This document shows, one piece after another, positions 34,635-45,074 of a stretch of 64,000 bases of DNA. The DNA comes from Candidatus Micrarchaeia archaeon (GTDB lineage: Archaea; Micrarchaeota; Micrarchaeia; Burarchaeales; Fermentimicrarchaeaceae). The notes under the pieces were generated by a model that saw nothing but the letters and a program-made list of their open reading frames with translations, did not search any database and had not been told where the DNA came from. Every line of letters begins with the position of its first letter. Position 1 is the first letter of the stretch. Made by a program: the position numbers and the translations under genes. The stretch is taken from NCBI GenBank assembly GCA_038871515.1, contig JAVZHX010000001.1, positions 32,001 to 96,000 of the forward strand, in the 5' to 3' direction.

Positions 34635-37600
34635 TTACGTGTTGAACTGCACTCCAACTATCTTTGAACCCTGCTTCGTCCTTGTCACCCCAATTGCAAC
34701 GTCTGCTGAGGTGAGAACTGCATCGTTGTGGGTTACAACAATGAATTGCGTATCCTTCGAGAGTTCTTTCAGAAGTTTTGATAACTTCACGCTGTTCTCC
34801 TTATCAAGCGATGCGTCTGCCTCATCCAACAAATAGAACGGAGCTGGCTTGCACATGTGAATTGCAAAAACAAATAATAATGTGAGGAGCGATTTCTCAC
34901 CTCCAGACATGGATTCAATGAACTTTGTTTCTCCTTTCTCTGTTTTCACCTGAATCTGCAAACCGCTTTCCAAAGGTGTTTCCGGGTTTTGTAAAACCAA
35001 GTCCCCCTCTCCCTCAAACGCATAACCAAAAAGCTTTCTGAAGTTGCTTCTGACTGCCTCGAAAGTTTCCATAAATATCGCAGACTTCTTCTTCTCAATT
35101 TCATCAATCATGTTCTGAATTGCTTTCTTCTCCTCGTCAAGCTTCTGAACCTTTTCCTTAATTTCCTTTATATCCCTGCTCTTCTCCTCATACAATTCAG
35201 GTGCTTTCAGATTTACATTCCCAAGCGCAGCAAGTTGTTGCTCCCCCTCAGCAATTCTCGCCTCAATCTCCTCCTTTGTTCCAGGCACTTGTTCTATGTC
35301 TTGGTAGGAGGCGCACTCTGTTTTCAGGTCAGCAAGCCTGGTTTCAAGGTTTGATTTCATCACCTCATACCTTGCCAAATCCTTGAAAAACTTCTCGTAG
35401 TTGAAACCGCTTTTTCCTTTCTCAAGCGCAAGCGCCTCAATCTGCCTTTCAATTGAGTTTCTCTCCTCAAAAAGTTTCTCCAAATCAGCGCTGACGTTTT
35501 TTATTTTGTTGCTTTTTTCCTCATATAATTTATTATCCCTCTGCAGAGATGCTTCCAGCTCGTTAATTTCACTTCGCAGTTTGTTTAACTCTTTCCTCAA
35601 CGGCTCGCACTCCTCGTCAATTCCCTGTGCTCTTTTTTTGATAACCTCAAGCTCCGCGGTGCACCTAGCAAGCTCGGATTCAAATGATGTTTTTGTTGAG
35701 TTAAAATCATTAAGCTGCTTCTCAAACTCAGCCATCTTTCTCTTGAACTGCTCCTCCTTCTCAACGTCAAGCTGCTTCACAACTTCCTCAGAGGCTTTCT
35801 GCAAATCGCTGATTTCGGTTTTAAGCTTTTCAATTTCAGTATTCTTTTCAGCAATTTCTTTTGAACATTTTTCAATTTCCTCCTTCAAAGAAGAGAGAGC
35901 TTTCAAATGCTCCTCTCTACCTTTCTTTTCTCTCTCCTCAACTTGGAGTATGTGAGAGAGCTCAAGCTCCATTCCTTTTATTTTAACTTCAAGCTCGCTT
36001 TTCTCCTTCCTCCTCTTGCCCATCTCTTCTCTTATTGAGTAAAGGGAGTTCACAATTCCATCTCTCTCTGCCTTTATCTCCTGAAGCTGGGCGTTCAGCC
36101 TCTCCGCCTCCGCTCTCTCCTTGGCAAGCGATGAAACTCTTTTCATAACTCCTCCTGTTATCGCTCCAGAAACTTCAAGCAAATCTCCCTCCATAGTTAC
36201 CATTCTTATCTTACCTATTCCAACTCTCTTGCCAGCTTCTATATTTTCAATAAGCAAAGTATCTCCAAAAACAAACTGAAAAACATTTGAATACTTTGCG
36301 TCAAAGCTCACAACTTCAATTAAAAACCCTTTTGAACCTTCCTTTCTGCTCAGCTCCTTCTGCTCATCAGTTATGAAGCGCGCTTTCACGTCAAGGGGTA
36401 TGAATGTGCATCTGCCTGCCTTTGTTTTTTTCAAATATTCAATTGCTTTCGCAGCAGTGTCAACATCCTCAACAACTATGTAATCCAACCTGTTTCCAGC
36501 AGCTGCTTCTATTGCTGTGGCGTATTGCTCATCAAAGCTGCAAAGCTCCCCAACGGTTCCATAAACCCCGGGAAGCATTCCTTTCTGCTTCAGCTCAAGC
36601 ACTGCTTTCACTCCCTGGTTTGTTTCCTTCAATGCTTCAAGCTTGCTTGAGAGAGTTACGTATTTTTCCTTCACCTCAAGCAACATTCTCTCGGTAGTTG
36701 GCAGCCTCTGGTTCAGCTCCTTCTCCCTCTCAAAAAGGGATGAGAGCTGCTTATCTATCTCCTCGCTGAGCTTTTTCAGCTCCTCAATCTCCTGTTTTAT
36801 TTCGCTTTCCCTCTCCTTTTTCTCGGATGGAAGCTGTGATTCAAGTCTTCTCAGCTCCATCTCAGCAAACTGCTTTTTACTACCAAGCTTTTCAACCTCA
36901 ACCTCGAGGTTTCGTATTCTTTCCTTCCTCTCCTCAAGCTGTTTCGTTATGTTTGCTGATTTCAGCTTAGCTTCATAAAACTCCTTCCCAAGCGCCTCCC
37001 CTTTTGAAACTCTATCTCTTTCATTAAGGAATGAGAGAGTCTGTCTCTCAACATCTGATATTTTTTCTTTTATGTTTGCCGATTCCTCCGAAAGCTGAAT
37101 CATCCTCGCATTCAAAGATATTTTCTCATTTTCAAGAGAGCTCAGCCGTTGCTTCAACCTTTCAACTTCCCTCTCCTTCTGCTCCTTGCTTCCAATTGCA
37201 AGGTTTATTGAGGTTTTAAGCTGTTCAACTTCCATAACAAGCGAGCTTTTCTCCCTCTCAGCCTTCTCGTTTATCTGCTGCGTTATTTTATTCTTCCTCT
37301 CCTCAAGCTCCTTTATCTTCGCATCTATCTCAGCAACTTTTTTGCTCACTTCCTCCTCCTGGCTTTTCAGCTCAAGATACTTGTTGGTGACTCTTGTGAA
37401 CTCCTTCTCAACTTTTTTCAATTCAATGAAAAGCAACGAACCCCTGTACTTTCTCAAACCAGCATTAATTTCATTATACTTCAACGCATCGTTTCTCTCC
37501 TTCTCAAGCTCGGAGAGGAAGCCCTCCCTCTCCTTAAGAACAATTGTTGCATCGTTTATTTTCTGCTCAACCTTGCTCAATTCAAGAAGCGCTTCCTTCT

Positions 37601-38078
37601 TCTTCTCCTCAAACTCAGAAATTCCCGCAACAGAGTCAATTATCTCCCTTCTTTCCTTTGGATTTATGTCAACTATCTTCTCCACTTCACCTTGTGCTAT
37701 TATGTTATGGTTTCCTACCGCCACCCCTATTCTAGCAAGCTCATCAATTATTGAGGTGCGGGTCATTCTTTTCCCATCAAGCCTGTAGATTGTTTTGCCA
37801 TCCTTCCTTATTGCTCTTTTCACCTCGTGCTTCTTCTCGCCGTTGAACTGCACGTATATTTCAGCCTTCTCCGAACCGTGAGAGATTAAATCCGCAACCT
37901 TCTTCGCCCTGAGGGATTTGAGGCTGTTCTCCCCAAGAGCAAAACGGATAGAATCAACAATATTTGACTTTCCACTTCCATTCGGGCCTGCTAGGCATAC
38001 AAACCCTTTTGATAGGGGTATGTCAGCATACCTAAAAGATTTGAATCTCTTCAGCTTCACTCTTTCTATGTAAACCAT
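34635..38078 (-). CDS. smc: Chromosome segregation protein SMC
   Basis: FKSF, GPNGSGKSN, QG, hinge GVYG...SGAITGG, MSGGEKS, LDEADASLD. Confidence 0.97.
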   Translation of the reverse strand: MVYIERVKLKRFKSFRYADIPLSKGFVCLAGPNGSGKSNIVDSIRFALGENSLKSLRAKKVADLISHGSEKAEIYVQFNGEKKHEVKRAIRKDGKTIYRLDGKRMTRTSIIDELARIGVAVGNHNIIAQGEVEKIVDINPKERREIIDSVAGISEFEEKKKEALLELSKVEQKINDATIVLKEREGFLSELEKERNDALKYNEINAGLRKYRGSLLFIELKKVEKEFTRVTNKYLELKSQEEEVSKKVAEIDAKIKELEERKNKITQQINEKAEREKSSLVMEVEQLKTSINLAIGSKEQKEREVERLKQRLSSLENEKISLNARMIQLSEESANIKEKISDVERQTLSFLNERDRVSKGEALGKEFYEAKLKSANITKQLEERKERIRNLEVEVEKLGSKKQFAEMELRRLESQLPSEKKERESEIKQEIEELKKLSEEIDKQLSSLFEREKELNQRLPTTERMLLEVKEKYVTLSSKLEALKETNQGVKAVLELKQKGMLPGVYGTVGELCSFDEQYATAIEAAAGNRLDYIVVEDVDTAAKAIEYLKKTKAGRCTFIPLDVKARFITDEQKELSRKEGSKGFLIEVVSFDAKYSNVFQFVFGDTLLIENIEAGKRVGIGKIRMVTMEGDLLEVSGAITGGVMKRVSSLAKERAEAERLNAQLQEIKAERDGIVNSLYSIREEMGKRRKEKSELEVKIKGMELELSHILQVEEREKKGREEHLKALSSLKEEIEKCSKEIAEKNTEIEKLKTEISDLQKASEEVVKQLDVEKEEQFKRKMAEFEKQLNDFNSTKTSFESELARCTAELEVIKKRAQGIDEECEPLRKELNKLRSEINELEASLQRDNKLYEEKSNKIKNVSADLEKLFEERNSIERQIEALALEKGKSGFNYEKFFKDLARYEVMKSNLETRLADLKTECASYQDIEQVPGTKEEIEARIAEGEQQLAALGNVNLKAPELYEEKSRDIKEIKEKVQKLDEEKKAIQNMIDEIEKKKSAIFMETFEAVRSNFRKLFGYAFEGEGDLVLQNPETPLESGLQIQVKTEKGETKFIESMSGGEKSLLTLLFVFAIHMCKPAPFYLLDEADASLDKENSVKLSKLLKELSKDTQFIVVTHNDAVLTSADVAIGVTRTKQGSKIVGVQFNT

Positions 38079-38174
38079 AAACTCCCCAGAACGCACCTCT
38101 TCTTTTCACTGATCGCCACTATTTTTTTGATTTGGGTATTTATAAACCTAACGAGACGGTAAATTTCCATTGAA

Positions 38175-39497
38175 CTATGGTTTTATGCCAAGCTGCCTGT
38201 AGAGAAGCTCCTTGTCAAGAGGTATCTCAAGCCCAAGAGCTTTATGAATGAACGCGAAGATTTCAACTGCGAGCTTTGGCTCTATACCACTGGTTTTCAC
38301 TATATCCTTCAGTGTTGCTTTCTTATCTATCAATTCGTAAAGTAAAATTCCATCTCTTTTGTATTTATTGTATATAACCAAACCCTCCTCTCCGTATAAC
38401 TCTTTAATTTCATTCGGAGTAAGCTGTTTCAGTTTCACCAATCCTCTCTCAGCAAGCGATGAAATTAAGCTGTCAAGATGAGCAGGATGAATTTTTGTTT
38501 CTTTCACAATTCTCACATTTGTCCTTTTTCCGTTCATTGAGGAAAATGCTTTCACTCCTTCATTCCCGTATTTTCTTAGAATATCCGTTTCTGTTTTTAA
38601 CTTTGTGAGTAGGTTCATTCCAGTTAAAGTTGGTATGTATATCTCGTTGGTATCAAAGGTTATCTGAGCAGGCTTTGGTAACTCAACTGGTTTTGGTTTC
38701 TCGGGCGGTTTTGGAAGCTCAGCAGGTTTTTCAACTGGTTTTGGAGGTTCAATAGGAACTTTCTTTTCAACAGGTGGCTGAGGAGGCGATTTCATTATTG
38801 GCTTCTCCATCGCTTCCTTCGGTTTCTCAAGCTTTATTATTCCCTCGGAATTCATGAACTCAAGTATTTTCACAAGCTCCTCCTCGCTCATCTTTGTCTG
38901 GTTGAGTATATCGCGCGGTGTTTTCAACTCATCAATCAATGAATAGACATTCAAACCTGCCTCGCCAAACCGCTCGTATAGTTTTTTCTCAAGAGGAGTT
39001 TGTGGTATGCGTTGGGGTAGCTGCACTTCAGGTTTTTTCTCAGGGAGCTCTGGTGGTTTGACTTCTGTTTTTTGCGGTTCTAATATTTTTGGTGGTTCTG
39101 GCTGTTTTGGAAGTTCCGGAGCTGGTGGCTTCTCAGCTTCCTTCACCATCATCATCTCAAGCGCAGAGCTTTTCTCCTTAACTTCCTCTGTTTTTACCAG
39201 TGGTATGGGGGGTATTTCTTTTGGAACAGGAGCTTCCTTAACAGCAAGCTCTGGTGGTTTTTGCATTTCTCCTTTGAATGCTTCTTTCTGCCCAAGGTAG
39301 TTAATTATATCCAAAAACTTATCCTCTCTCATTCCAACTTTCTTCATTATCTCCTCAGCGCTTGACTTCCCGTCGATGAGGAGGTAAACCTTAACCCCTT
39401 CAGCTCCGTATCTGTCTGCAAGCTCCTTCTCCAGTTTATACCTCTCAACCGCACCGAGAGGCTTTTTCTCCAGTATTTTTTTAGACAAGTCCTCCAT
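38175..39497 (-). CDS. Protein with four repeats of a wHTH-like module and Pro/Glu/Lys-rich linkers
   Basis: Repeated (Y/F)GxEGxxVYxxIDGKxTxxxI pattern. Confidence 0.7.
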   Translation of the reverse strand: MEDLSKKILEKKPLGAVERYKLEKELADRYGAEGVKVYLLIDGKSSAEEIMKKVGMREDKFLDIINYLGQKEAFKGEMQKPPELAVKEAPVPKEIPPIPLVKTEEVKEKSSALEMMMVKEAEKPPAPELPKQPEPPKILEPQKTEVKPPELPEKKPEVQLPQRIPQTPLEKKLYERFGEAGLNVYSLIDELKTPRDILNQTKMSEEELVKILEFMNSEGIIKLEKPKEAMEKPIMKSPPQPPVEKKVPIEPPKPVEKPAELPKPPEKPKPVELPKPAQITFDTNEIYIPTLTGMNLLTKLKTETDILRKYGNEGVKAFSSMNGKRTNVRIVKETKIHPAHLDSLISSLAERGLVKLKQLTPNEIKELYGEEGLVIYNKYKRDGILLYELIDKKATLKDIVKTSGIEPKLAVEIFAFIHKALGLEIPLDKELLYRQLGIKP

Positions 39498-39519
39498 CGC
39501 CCCACTCCTTAGAATAAGT

Positions 39520-39801
39520 TTATTTCATCATTTTCTCCATTTCAACCTCATAAACTGTCTTGAGCTGGATGAGGTTTTCCTGCTCCATGAAGCTCAGAAT
39601 TTCCATAAGCTTCTTCTCATCAACTCCCACTTCTGCCTTTATTTCCTCAGCATTCTTCATTGAATTAACCGAAAGATAAACCTTTATTCCCTCATCCCCG
39701 AATTTTTCGTATAGTTTGCTTTCTGCCTTGAACCTCTCAAACGCGCTCAGCTCTTTTTTTATTGGTATTATTCCTATAAGCTCCCCACCCATTTCATTCA
39801 T
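39520..39801 (-). CDS. Single-module paralog of 38175..39497
   Basis: KLYEKFGDEGIKVYLSVN..KNAEEI....VDEKKLMEILSFM. Confidence 0.7.
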   Translation of the reverse strand: MNEMGGELIGIIPIKKELSAFERFKAESKLYEKFGDEGIKVYLSVNSMKNAEEIKAEVGVDEKKLMEILSFMEQENLIQLKTVYEVEMEKMMK

Positions 39802-39869
39802 AGTTTCCCCTCTGTCTATATTGATATAATACCAAACCTTTATTAATAATTACCAGTGAAAATCCATAC

Positions 39870-40451
39870 ATGGCTCGCCAGGATGTCACGATAAGCACGG
39901 GTGTGGATGACCTTGTGAGACTTGTTAGGGAGAGGGAGAGAATTGAGTTAAGAGAAGCTGCGGTTGAGCTTGGGCTTTCTCAGGGTGTGATTGAGGAGTG
40001 GGCGAAAGTGCTTGAGAAGGAAGGAGTGGTGAGAATAGAGTACCAGCTTACAAAAGTTTATTTGACAACGCCAACTCCGGGAAAAACAGAAGCACAGAAG
40101 AAGGCGAAGGAGATAAGCGATATGCAGGTAACCCTTGCCAGAGAGCTGGAGACACAGCTTAAAAGAGTGGAGAGAGTTGGAAGGGAGCTTGATGAAATGA
40201 GAAATGAATTTGTTGGTGTTTCAAAAACTTTTGAGGAGAAGCTGGCGAATGTGAGGCAGAGGGTGAGGGAGCTGGATTCGCTGGAAAAGCAATACCTTGA
40301 GCTGTGCTATAGAATCTCCTGCGCAAACGAGAGATTGCTCTCTGATGCTGAAGCGCTTAGAAAAAGTATAGAGGAATGCGAGAAGAAGCTTGATAGAATA
40401 AGGAAGGTGAGGGAGGAGTTTGAAGCTCCGGCAAAGAGTGGAGGAAAATGA
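39870..40451 (+). CDS. wHTH plus coiled-coil protein
   Basis: TGVDDLVRLV...IEEWAKVLEKEGVVRIEY, then heptad repeats. Confidence 0.7.
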   Translation: MARQDVTISTGVDDLVRLVRERERIELREAAVELGLSQGVIEEWAKVLEKEGVVRIEYQLTKVYLTTPTPGKTEAQKKAKEISDMQVTLARELETQLKRVERVGRELDEMRNEFVGVSKTFEEKLANVRQRVRELDSLEKQYLELCYRISCANERLLSDAEALRKSIEECEKKLDRIRKVREEFEAPAKSGGK

Positions 40452-40978
40452 ACGGAAAGAAAGAGGAGCTCAAAGAAATGTTCAGCAGAAGTTTGGGGCA
40501 AGTTGAGAGAGAAAAGGAAGTTAATAGAGTTGTTAGTGAATTGGAGAGTAGTTGGAGCAGGTATAACGCTGAGCTTGTTGAGATAAGGAAGAGGACGCAC
40601 GCAGGCAGAATTGGTGAGTTGGAGGGGAAGAGAAGGGAGCTTCAGGGGAAAGTTGAGAAGAAAATGGAGGAAGTAAGAAAGGAGCTTGATGGGTTGCATA
40701 AGATGATTGAGAAGTATGAGAAGAAAATAAGGGAAAAGGATGAGGCTGAAAGGGAGCTGATGGCGCTTGAGGAAATTAAGGTTATGCTTAGCGAAAGGCT
40801 GAGGAGGATTATGGAAAGGGTAAGCAGGCTGAAGGTGAGGAAGGGCTCGGATATTGAAAAGCTACTTTCTGAAGCAAGAGAGCTTGAGGTGGAAGTTGAG
40901 AGAAGCGGGGAGGAGGTTCTGGATTTTGAGAGGGAGTACAGCAAATTCCTCAGCATAATGAAGGAGTTGAGTGGATAA
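40448..40978 (+). CDS. Coiled-coil protein
   Basis: E/K/R-rich heptads; ATGA-coupled to the upstream gene. Confidence 0.65.
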   Translation: MNGKKEELKEMFSRSLGQVEREKEVNRVVSELESSWSRYNAELVEIRKRTHAGRIGELEGKRRELQGKVEKKMEEVRKELDGLHKMIEKYEKKIREKDEAERELMALEEIKVMLSERLRRIMERVSRLKVRKGSDIEKLLSEARELEVEVERSGEEVLDFEREYSKFLSIMKELSG

Positions 40979-42539
40979 ATTTATATTCCACTCCAAAAAA
41001 GATTATTATGGTGGTTTATTGAGCGACCAGCAAGTTAGTGAAGGAGTGCTGGAGGAGTACAACTTCATGGCAGGCGATATACCAGTTACAGTTAAGATAA
41101 CACAGACTAAGAAGGATTTTGTGCCGCATTATGAGATTGGAGTGAAAGGATTGGGGGAGGGAACGAGAATTGTTTTGAATACTCTGCGAGGGGAGCTGAT
41201 AACAGATGTTAAGCTTGATGCCGAGGAGCTGATGAACCCAAAGCTGATAGATCAAGTGAAGAAGAAGTTTGAGGAGAAGGCGATGAAGCTGATTGATAAG
41301 CACTTTCTCTCCCTTTCTGAGGATGCGAAGAAGCTGCTTGCATCTTACCTTGTTCAGAATATGCTTGGGCTGGGCGATTTAGAAACTCCGATTCATGATG
41401 AGAACCTTGAGGAGATTGTTGTTAATGGAGCATCTGAGCCTGTTTGGGTTTTTCATAAGAGGCATGGGTGGTGCAAGACGAATCTTTTTATAAAGGATGA
41501 GGAAACCATATACGAGTATGCTGCAAGCGTTGGGAGGAGGGTTGGGAGGCAGATAACTGTTTTGAACCCATTGATGGATGCGACGCTTACGGATGGTTCA
41601 AGAGTTAATGCAACGCTCCATCCAATTTCAGTATGCGGAAACACAATAACGATAAGGAAGTTCTCAAAGAATCCGTGGACGATTACTGCGGTGCTTGAGA
41701 GGAACACGATAAGCCCAGAAGCGGCTTCTTTGATATGGTTGTGCATACAGAATGAGCTTTCGCTGATTGTTTCGGGTGGAACGGCCAGCGGAAAAACTTC
41801 ATTCCTGAACTCAATTGCTTGCTTCTTTCCACCAAACCACAGAATAATTACAATAGAGGATACTTCTGAGCTTACTCTGCCAAAACACTTGCAGTGGGTG
41901 CCAATGTTGACAAGGCAGCCGAACCCAGAAGGAAAAGGAGAGGTAACTATGCTGGATTTGCTGGTTAATGCTTTGAGGCAGAGACCTGACAGACTGCTTG
42001 TCGGAGAGATAAGGAGGCAGAGGGAAGCAGAGGTGCTTTTTGAGGCGATGCACACGGGGCACTCTGTTTACGCAACGCTGCACGCAGATAACGCAGGCGA
42101 CACGATAACAAGGTTAACCAACCCCCCAATCAGTATACCGAAGAGCATGCTTGACGCGCTTGCCGGAATTGTGGTTCAGTTCAGACACAGAAGGCTGGGG
42201 ATAAGGAGGATGCTGGAGTTCGCTGAAATACTGAAGGGAGGGGATATAAACGTGATAGCAAGGTGGGATTTGAAAACTGATTCAATAAAGGAGATAAATG
42301 AGCTGACTGTGCTTGCGGATACGCTTTCACTTTATGCTGGTATGACAAGGAAGGAGATTGTGGAGGATATTGCCGAAAAGACGAGAGTTTTGAAGTGGAT
42401 GTTGAAGAATCAGATAAGGGATGTTGATAACGTTGGGTTGGTGGTTTCAAGGTATTACCGCAACAGGGATGAGATGATGGAGATTGTGAATAAGGATCAG
42501 CCTTGGAGTGAGGAGTTAGGTATTTATGGAAGCGGGTGA
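40971..42539 (+). CDS. Second type IV pilus/T2SS assembly ATPase
   Basis: GGTASGKTS, TIEDTSEL, LRQRPDRLLVGEIR, HTGHSVYATLHA; start uncertain. Confidence 0.95.
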   Translation: MDKFIFHSKKDYYGGLLSDQQVSEGVLEEYNFMAGDIPVTVKITQTKKDFVPHYEIGVKGLGEGTRIVLNTLRGELITDVKLDAEELMNPKLIDQVKKKFEEKAMKLIDKHFLSLSEDAKKLLASYLVQNMLGLGDLETPIHDENLEEIVVNGASEPVWVFHKRHGWCKTNLFIKDEETIYEYAASVGRRVGRQITVLNPLMDATLTDGSRVNATLHPISVCGNTITIRKFSKNPWTITAVLERNTISPEAASLIWLCIQNELSLIVSGGTASGKTSFLNSIACFFPPNHRIITIEDTSELTLPKHLQWVPMLTRQPNPEGKGEVTMLDLLVNALRQRPDRLLVGEIRRQREAEVLFEAMHTGHSVYATLHADNAGDTITRLTNPPISIPKSMLDALAGIVVQFRHRRLGIRRMLEFAEILKGGDINVIARWDLKTDSIKEINELTVLADTLSLYAGMTRKEIVEDIAEKTRVLKWMLKNQIRDVDNVGLVVSRYYRNRDEMMEIVNKDQPWSEELGIYGSG

Positions 42540-43146
42540 AGCTGAGCAGATAGCGCCAGAGGTGCCTGAGGGAGCCAGCGAGGAGTTCTTGCGGTATTCC
42601 GCGGAAGTGAAGAGATTGGAGAGGAAAGCTCTTCAAATTAAAAGAACAATGGGGGTTGATGGGAATGTTTTCAGCGAGTTTGATATTGAGAGCATATCAG
42701 TAAAAACTTATGAGGAGGCGCTTGAAAGGGCAAGAAGAATAGAGAGTGGTGGGGTTAAGGGAACAGGTAAAAAGGAGGTTCCTGAGCCTGAAAGTATATT
42801 GAGTGAGGAGGAGCTCATCAGAATACCTAAGGAGAAAATTGAGGTAGTTGCAAGAAGCGAGAAAGAGATACTTGAGGAGGAGAGGAAGTTAAAAGAGATG
42901 AAGGAGAAGTTCGCAAAGCTGCTTTCAGAGATTCCAAAAGAGGAACCTGAGAAACCAAAGCTGTTGGAGGAGGCGGCAAAAAAAGCAGAGGAGAAACCTG
43001 TTGAGGAAGGCAAACCGGAGGAGATAAAGGAGTTAAGTGAGAATTTCAAGAGAATAATGATGAAGAAGGAGGAGAGGGAGAAGAAGGAGAGAATAAGGAA
43101 AATGAAAAAGGAAATTGAGGAGATGCTTGAAAGCGGTGAGATGTGA
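42526..43146 (+). CDS. Charged coiled-coil hypothetical protein
   Basis: E/K-rich; lies between the ATPase and TadC genes. Confidence 0.6.
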   Translation: MEAGEAEQIAPEVPEGASEEFLRYSAEVKRLERKALQIKRTMGVDGNVFSEFDIESISVKTYEEALERARRIESGGVKGTGKKEVPEPESILSEEELIRIPKEKIEVVARSEKEILEEERKLKEMKEKFAKLLSEIPKEEPEKPKLLEEAAKKAEEKPVEEGKPEEIKELSENFKRIMMKKEEREKKERIRKMKKEIEEMLESGEM

Positions 43147-44072
43147 TGGCGGAAGTTGAGAAAAAGGAGGAGATGAAGCGGATATTGGAGAAGATGGCAC
43201 CTAAGAAAGAAGTAGCAAAGGCGCCTGAGGCTGCAGCACCGAAAGTGAAAATGGGGTGGGGGAGACGAATTGTTGGAGTTGTGGTGAAGCAGTTTCCGGA
43301 TTTGCCAAGAAAGCTGGAAATGGCAGATATGGCAATTGACCCAAAGGATTTTGTTGCGAGGACGCTTGTGAATGCGCTTGTTATGATGGTGCTTTTCACG
43401 TTTGTGCTGAGCCTTCTCGCATCGGAGATGAAATTCCCATTAATTTTTGTTGCACTCATTGCTCCAATAATATTCTTTGCTTTCTTTATGATGGGGATGG
43501 GTGCTGTTGATGTTAGGATAAGCCAGAAGGCAAGGGAGGTTGACAGAGATGCTTTGTTTGCTGGGAGGGATATTTTGATTGCGCTGAAGTCAGGGGCACC
43601 TCTTTTCAATGCATTGGTTGGAGTGAGAAAGGATTATGGGGCAACAAGCAGGGAGTTTCAGAAAATAGTTGAAAAAATAGACAGTGGAATACCGCCAGAG
43701 ATAGCACTGCAACAAGCGTATGAATCGAACAAAGCACCTTCTTTCAGAAGGATAATACTGCAAATTCTCATGTCACTGCGCTCTGGCTCGGATATAGCTA
43801 CTGGGTTGGAAACTGCGCTGAATCAGATTTCGCAGGAGCAGGTTATAGAGATAAAAAGATATGGGCAGAAGCTGAACCCAATTGCGATGTTCTACATGCT
43901 GTTTGCAATAATACTTCCTTCGTTGGGAGTTGCAATTGGGGTGATACTGAGTTCATTTATAAACCTGGGTGTTGATTTTGGAGTGCTGCTTGTGGTTTTG
44001 GTTGTACTGGCGCTTATACAGTATACTTTTCTCACAATAATAAAATCATCAAGGCCGAGCTTTGATATATGA
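43143..44072 (+). CDS. TadC/FlaJ-like membrane platform protein
   Basis: SGAPLFNAL...YGATSREF; paralog of 3924..4811. Confidence 0.85.
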   Translation: MMAEVEKKEEMKRILEKMAPKKEVAKAPEAAAPKVKMGWGRRIVGVVVKQFPDLPRKLEMADMAIDPKDFVARTLVNALVMMVLFTFVLSLLASEMKFPLIFVALIAPIIFFAFFMMGMGAVDVRISQKAREVDRDALFAGRDILIALKSGAPLFNALVGVRKDYGATSREFQKIVEKIDSGIPPEIALQQAYESNKAPSFRRIILQILMSLRSGSDIATGLETALNQISQEQVIEIKRYGQKLNPIAMFYMLFAIILPSLGVAIGVILSSFINLGVDFGVLLVVLVVLALIQYTFLTIIKSSRPSFDI

Positions 44073-44081
44073 GGTAGGAGG

Positions 44082-45074
44082 ATGGCTGAAGTTTATGGCG
44101 TGCTGGGAAGGTTGCTGAAAAGGGAATGGATAGTGAAAATAGAGGATACGCTGTCTATGGCTGGAGTTGATATATCGCCAGAAACATTTACTGGGATGGT
44201 TCTGCTTTTTGTGTTTGGGGTTCCAATTCCGGTGTTTATATTTCTGAGCAGAGCGCTTCCAGACGTTGCAATCATAGCTGCTGCTGGAGTGATGATTCTT
44301 GATGGGCTTATTGTTTATGTTTTAATTAGAATGAGGATAGATAACAGAAGGAAGCAGATAGAGGAGGTGCTTCCTGATTTTCTGCAGATATGCGCTGCAA
44401 ACGTAAGGGCGGGAATGTCACTGGAGAGGGCTTTGTGGTTTGCGGCAAGGCCGGAGTTTGGTTTGCTTTCTGAGGAGATTGCAGATACTACAAGAAGGAC
44501 GTTTGGGGGGGAGCCTTTCACGCAGGCGTTGAGGAGGCTTTCAAGGAAGTTTGAGTCAAGACAGCTTACAAGAACGGTTAACCTTTTGATTGAGGAGAGC
44601 TCAAGCGGAGGTGAGGTTGCAACCCTGCTTGACAAGTGCGCTTGGGATGCAAGGCAGATTCAGATACTGCATAAGGAGATTTCTGAAATGATGTTGATGT
44701 ATGTTATATTCATTGTTTTTGCATCCTGTATAGGGGCGCCTATGCTTTATGGTTTATCCTACCAGCTCATCAGCGCAACGAATAAAATATGGGGTAATAT
44801 ACTGGAGCAGAATCCACAGGGGTTCCCGAAAGTTGGCGTTATGTCTTTGTTACAGCCAAGCCCACCAAAGGTTTCAACAGAGGATTTTTATAAATTCTCA
44901 ATTATAGCAACTATACTTGTAACGTTTTCAGCGTCTTTTATAGTTGCTGTTGTGAACACTGGCTCGTGGATTAATGGTTTCAAATATGCTCCTTTCTTCA
45001 TAGGTTTAGGTTTAGGAGTGTTTTTCATAATCACAATGGTTTTCAGCTTGGTGTTTGCTTCTTTGCTTGTTTAA
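44082..45074 (+). CDS. TadC/FlaJ-like membrane platform protein
   Basis: LPDFLQICAANVRAGM...ARPEFGLL. Confidence 0.85.
   Translation: MAEVYGVLGRLLKREWIVKIEDTLSMAGVDISPETFTGMVLLFVFGVPIPVFIFLSRALPDVAIIAAAGVMILDGLIVYVLIRMRIDNRRKQIEEVLPDFLQICAANVRAGMSLERALWFAARPEFGLLSEEIADTTRRTFGGEPFTQALRRLSRKFESRQLTRTVNLLIEESSSGGEVATLLDKCAWDARQIQILHKEISEMMLMYVIFIVFASCIGAPMLYGLSYQLISATNKIWGNILEQNPQGFPKVGVMSLLQPSPPKVSTEDFYKFSIIATILVTFSASFIVAVVNTGSWINGFKYAPFFIGLGLGVFFIITMVFSLVFASLLV

Noticed and set aside
35401..37788. Long antisense ORFs opposite smc and other genes
   Set aside because: Ser/Phe/Leu-rich shadow frames of Glu/Lys-rich coding strands
34635..38078. SMC as part of a Wadjet or Rad50/Mre11 system
   Set aside because: Canonical hinge and no Zn hook; no jet or mre11 neighbours
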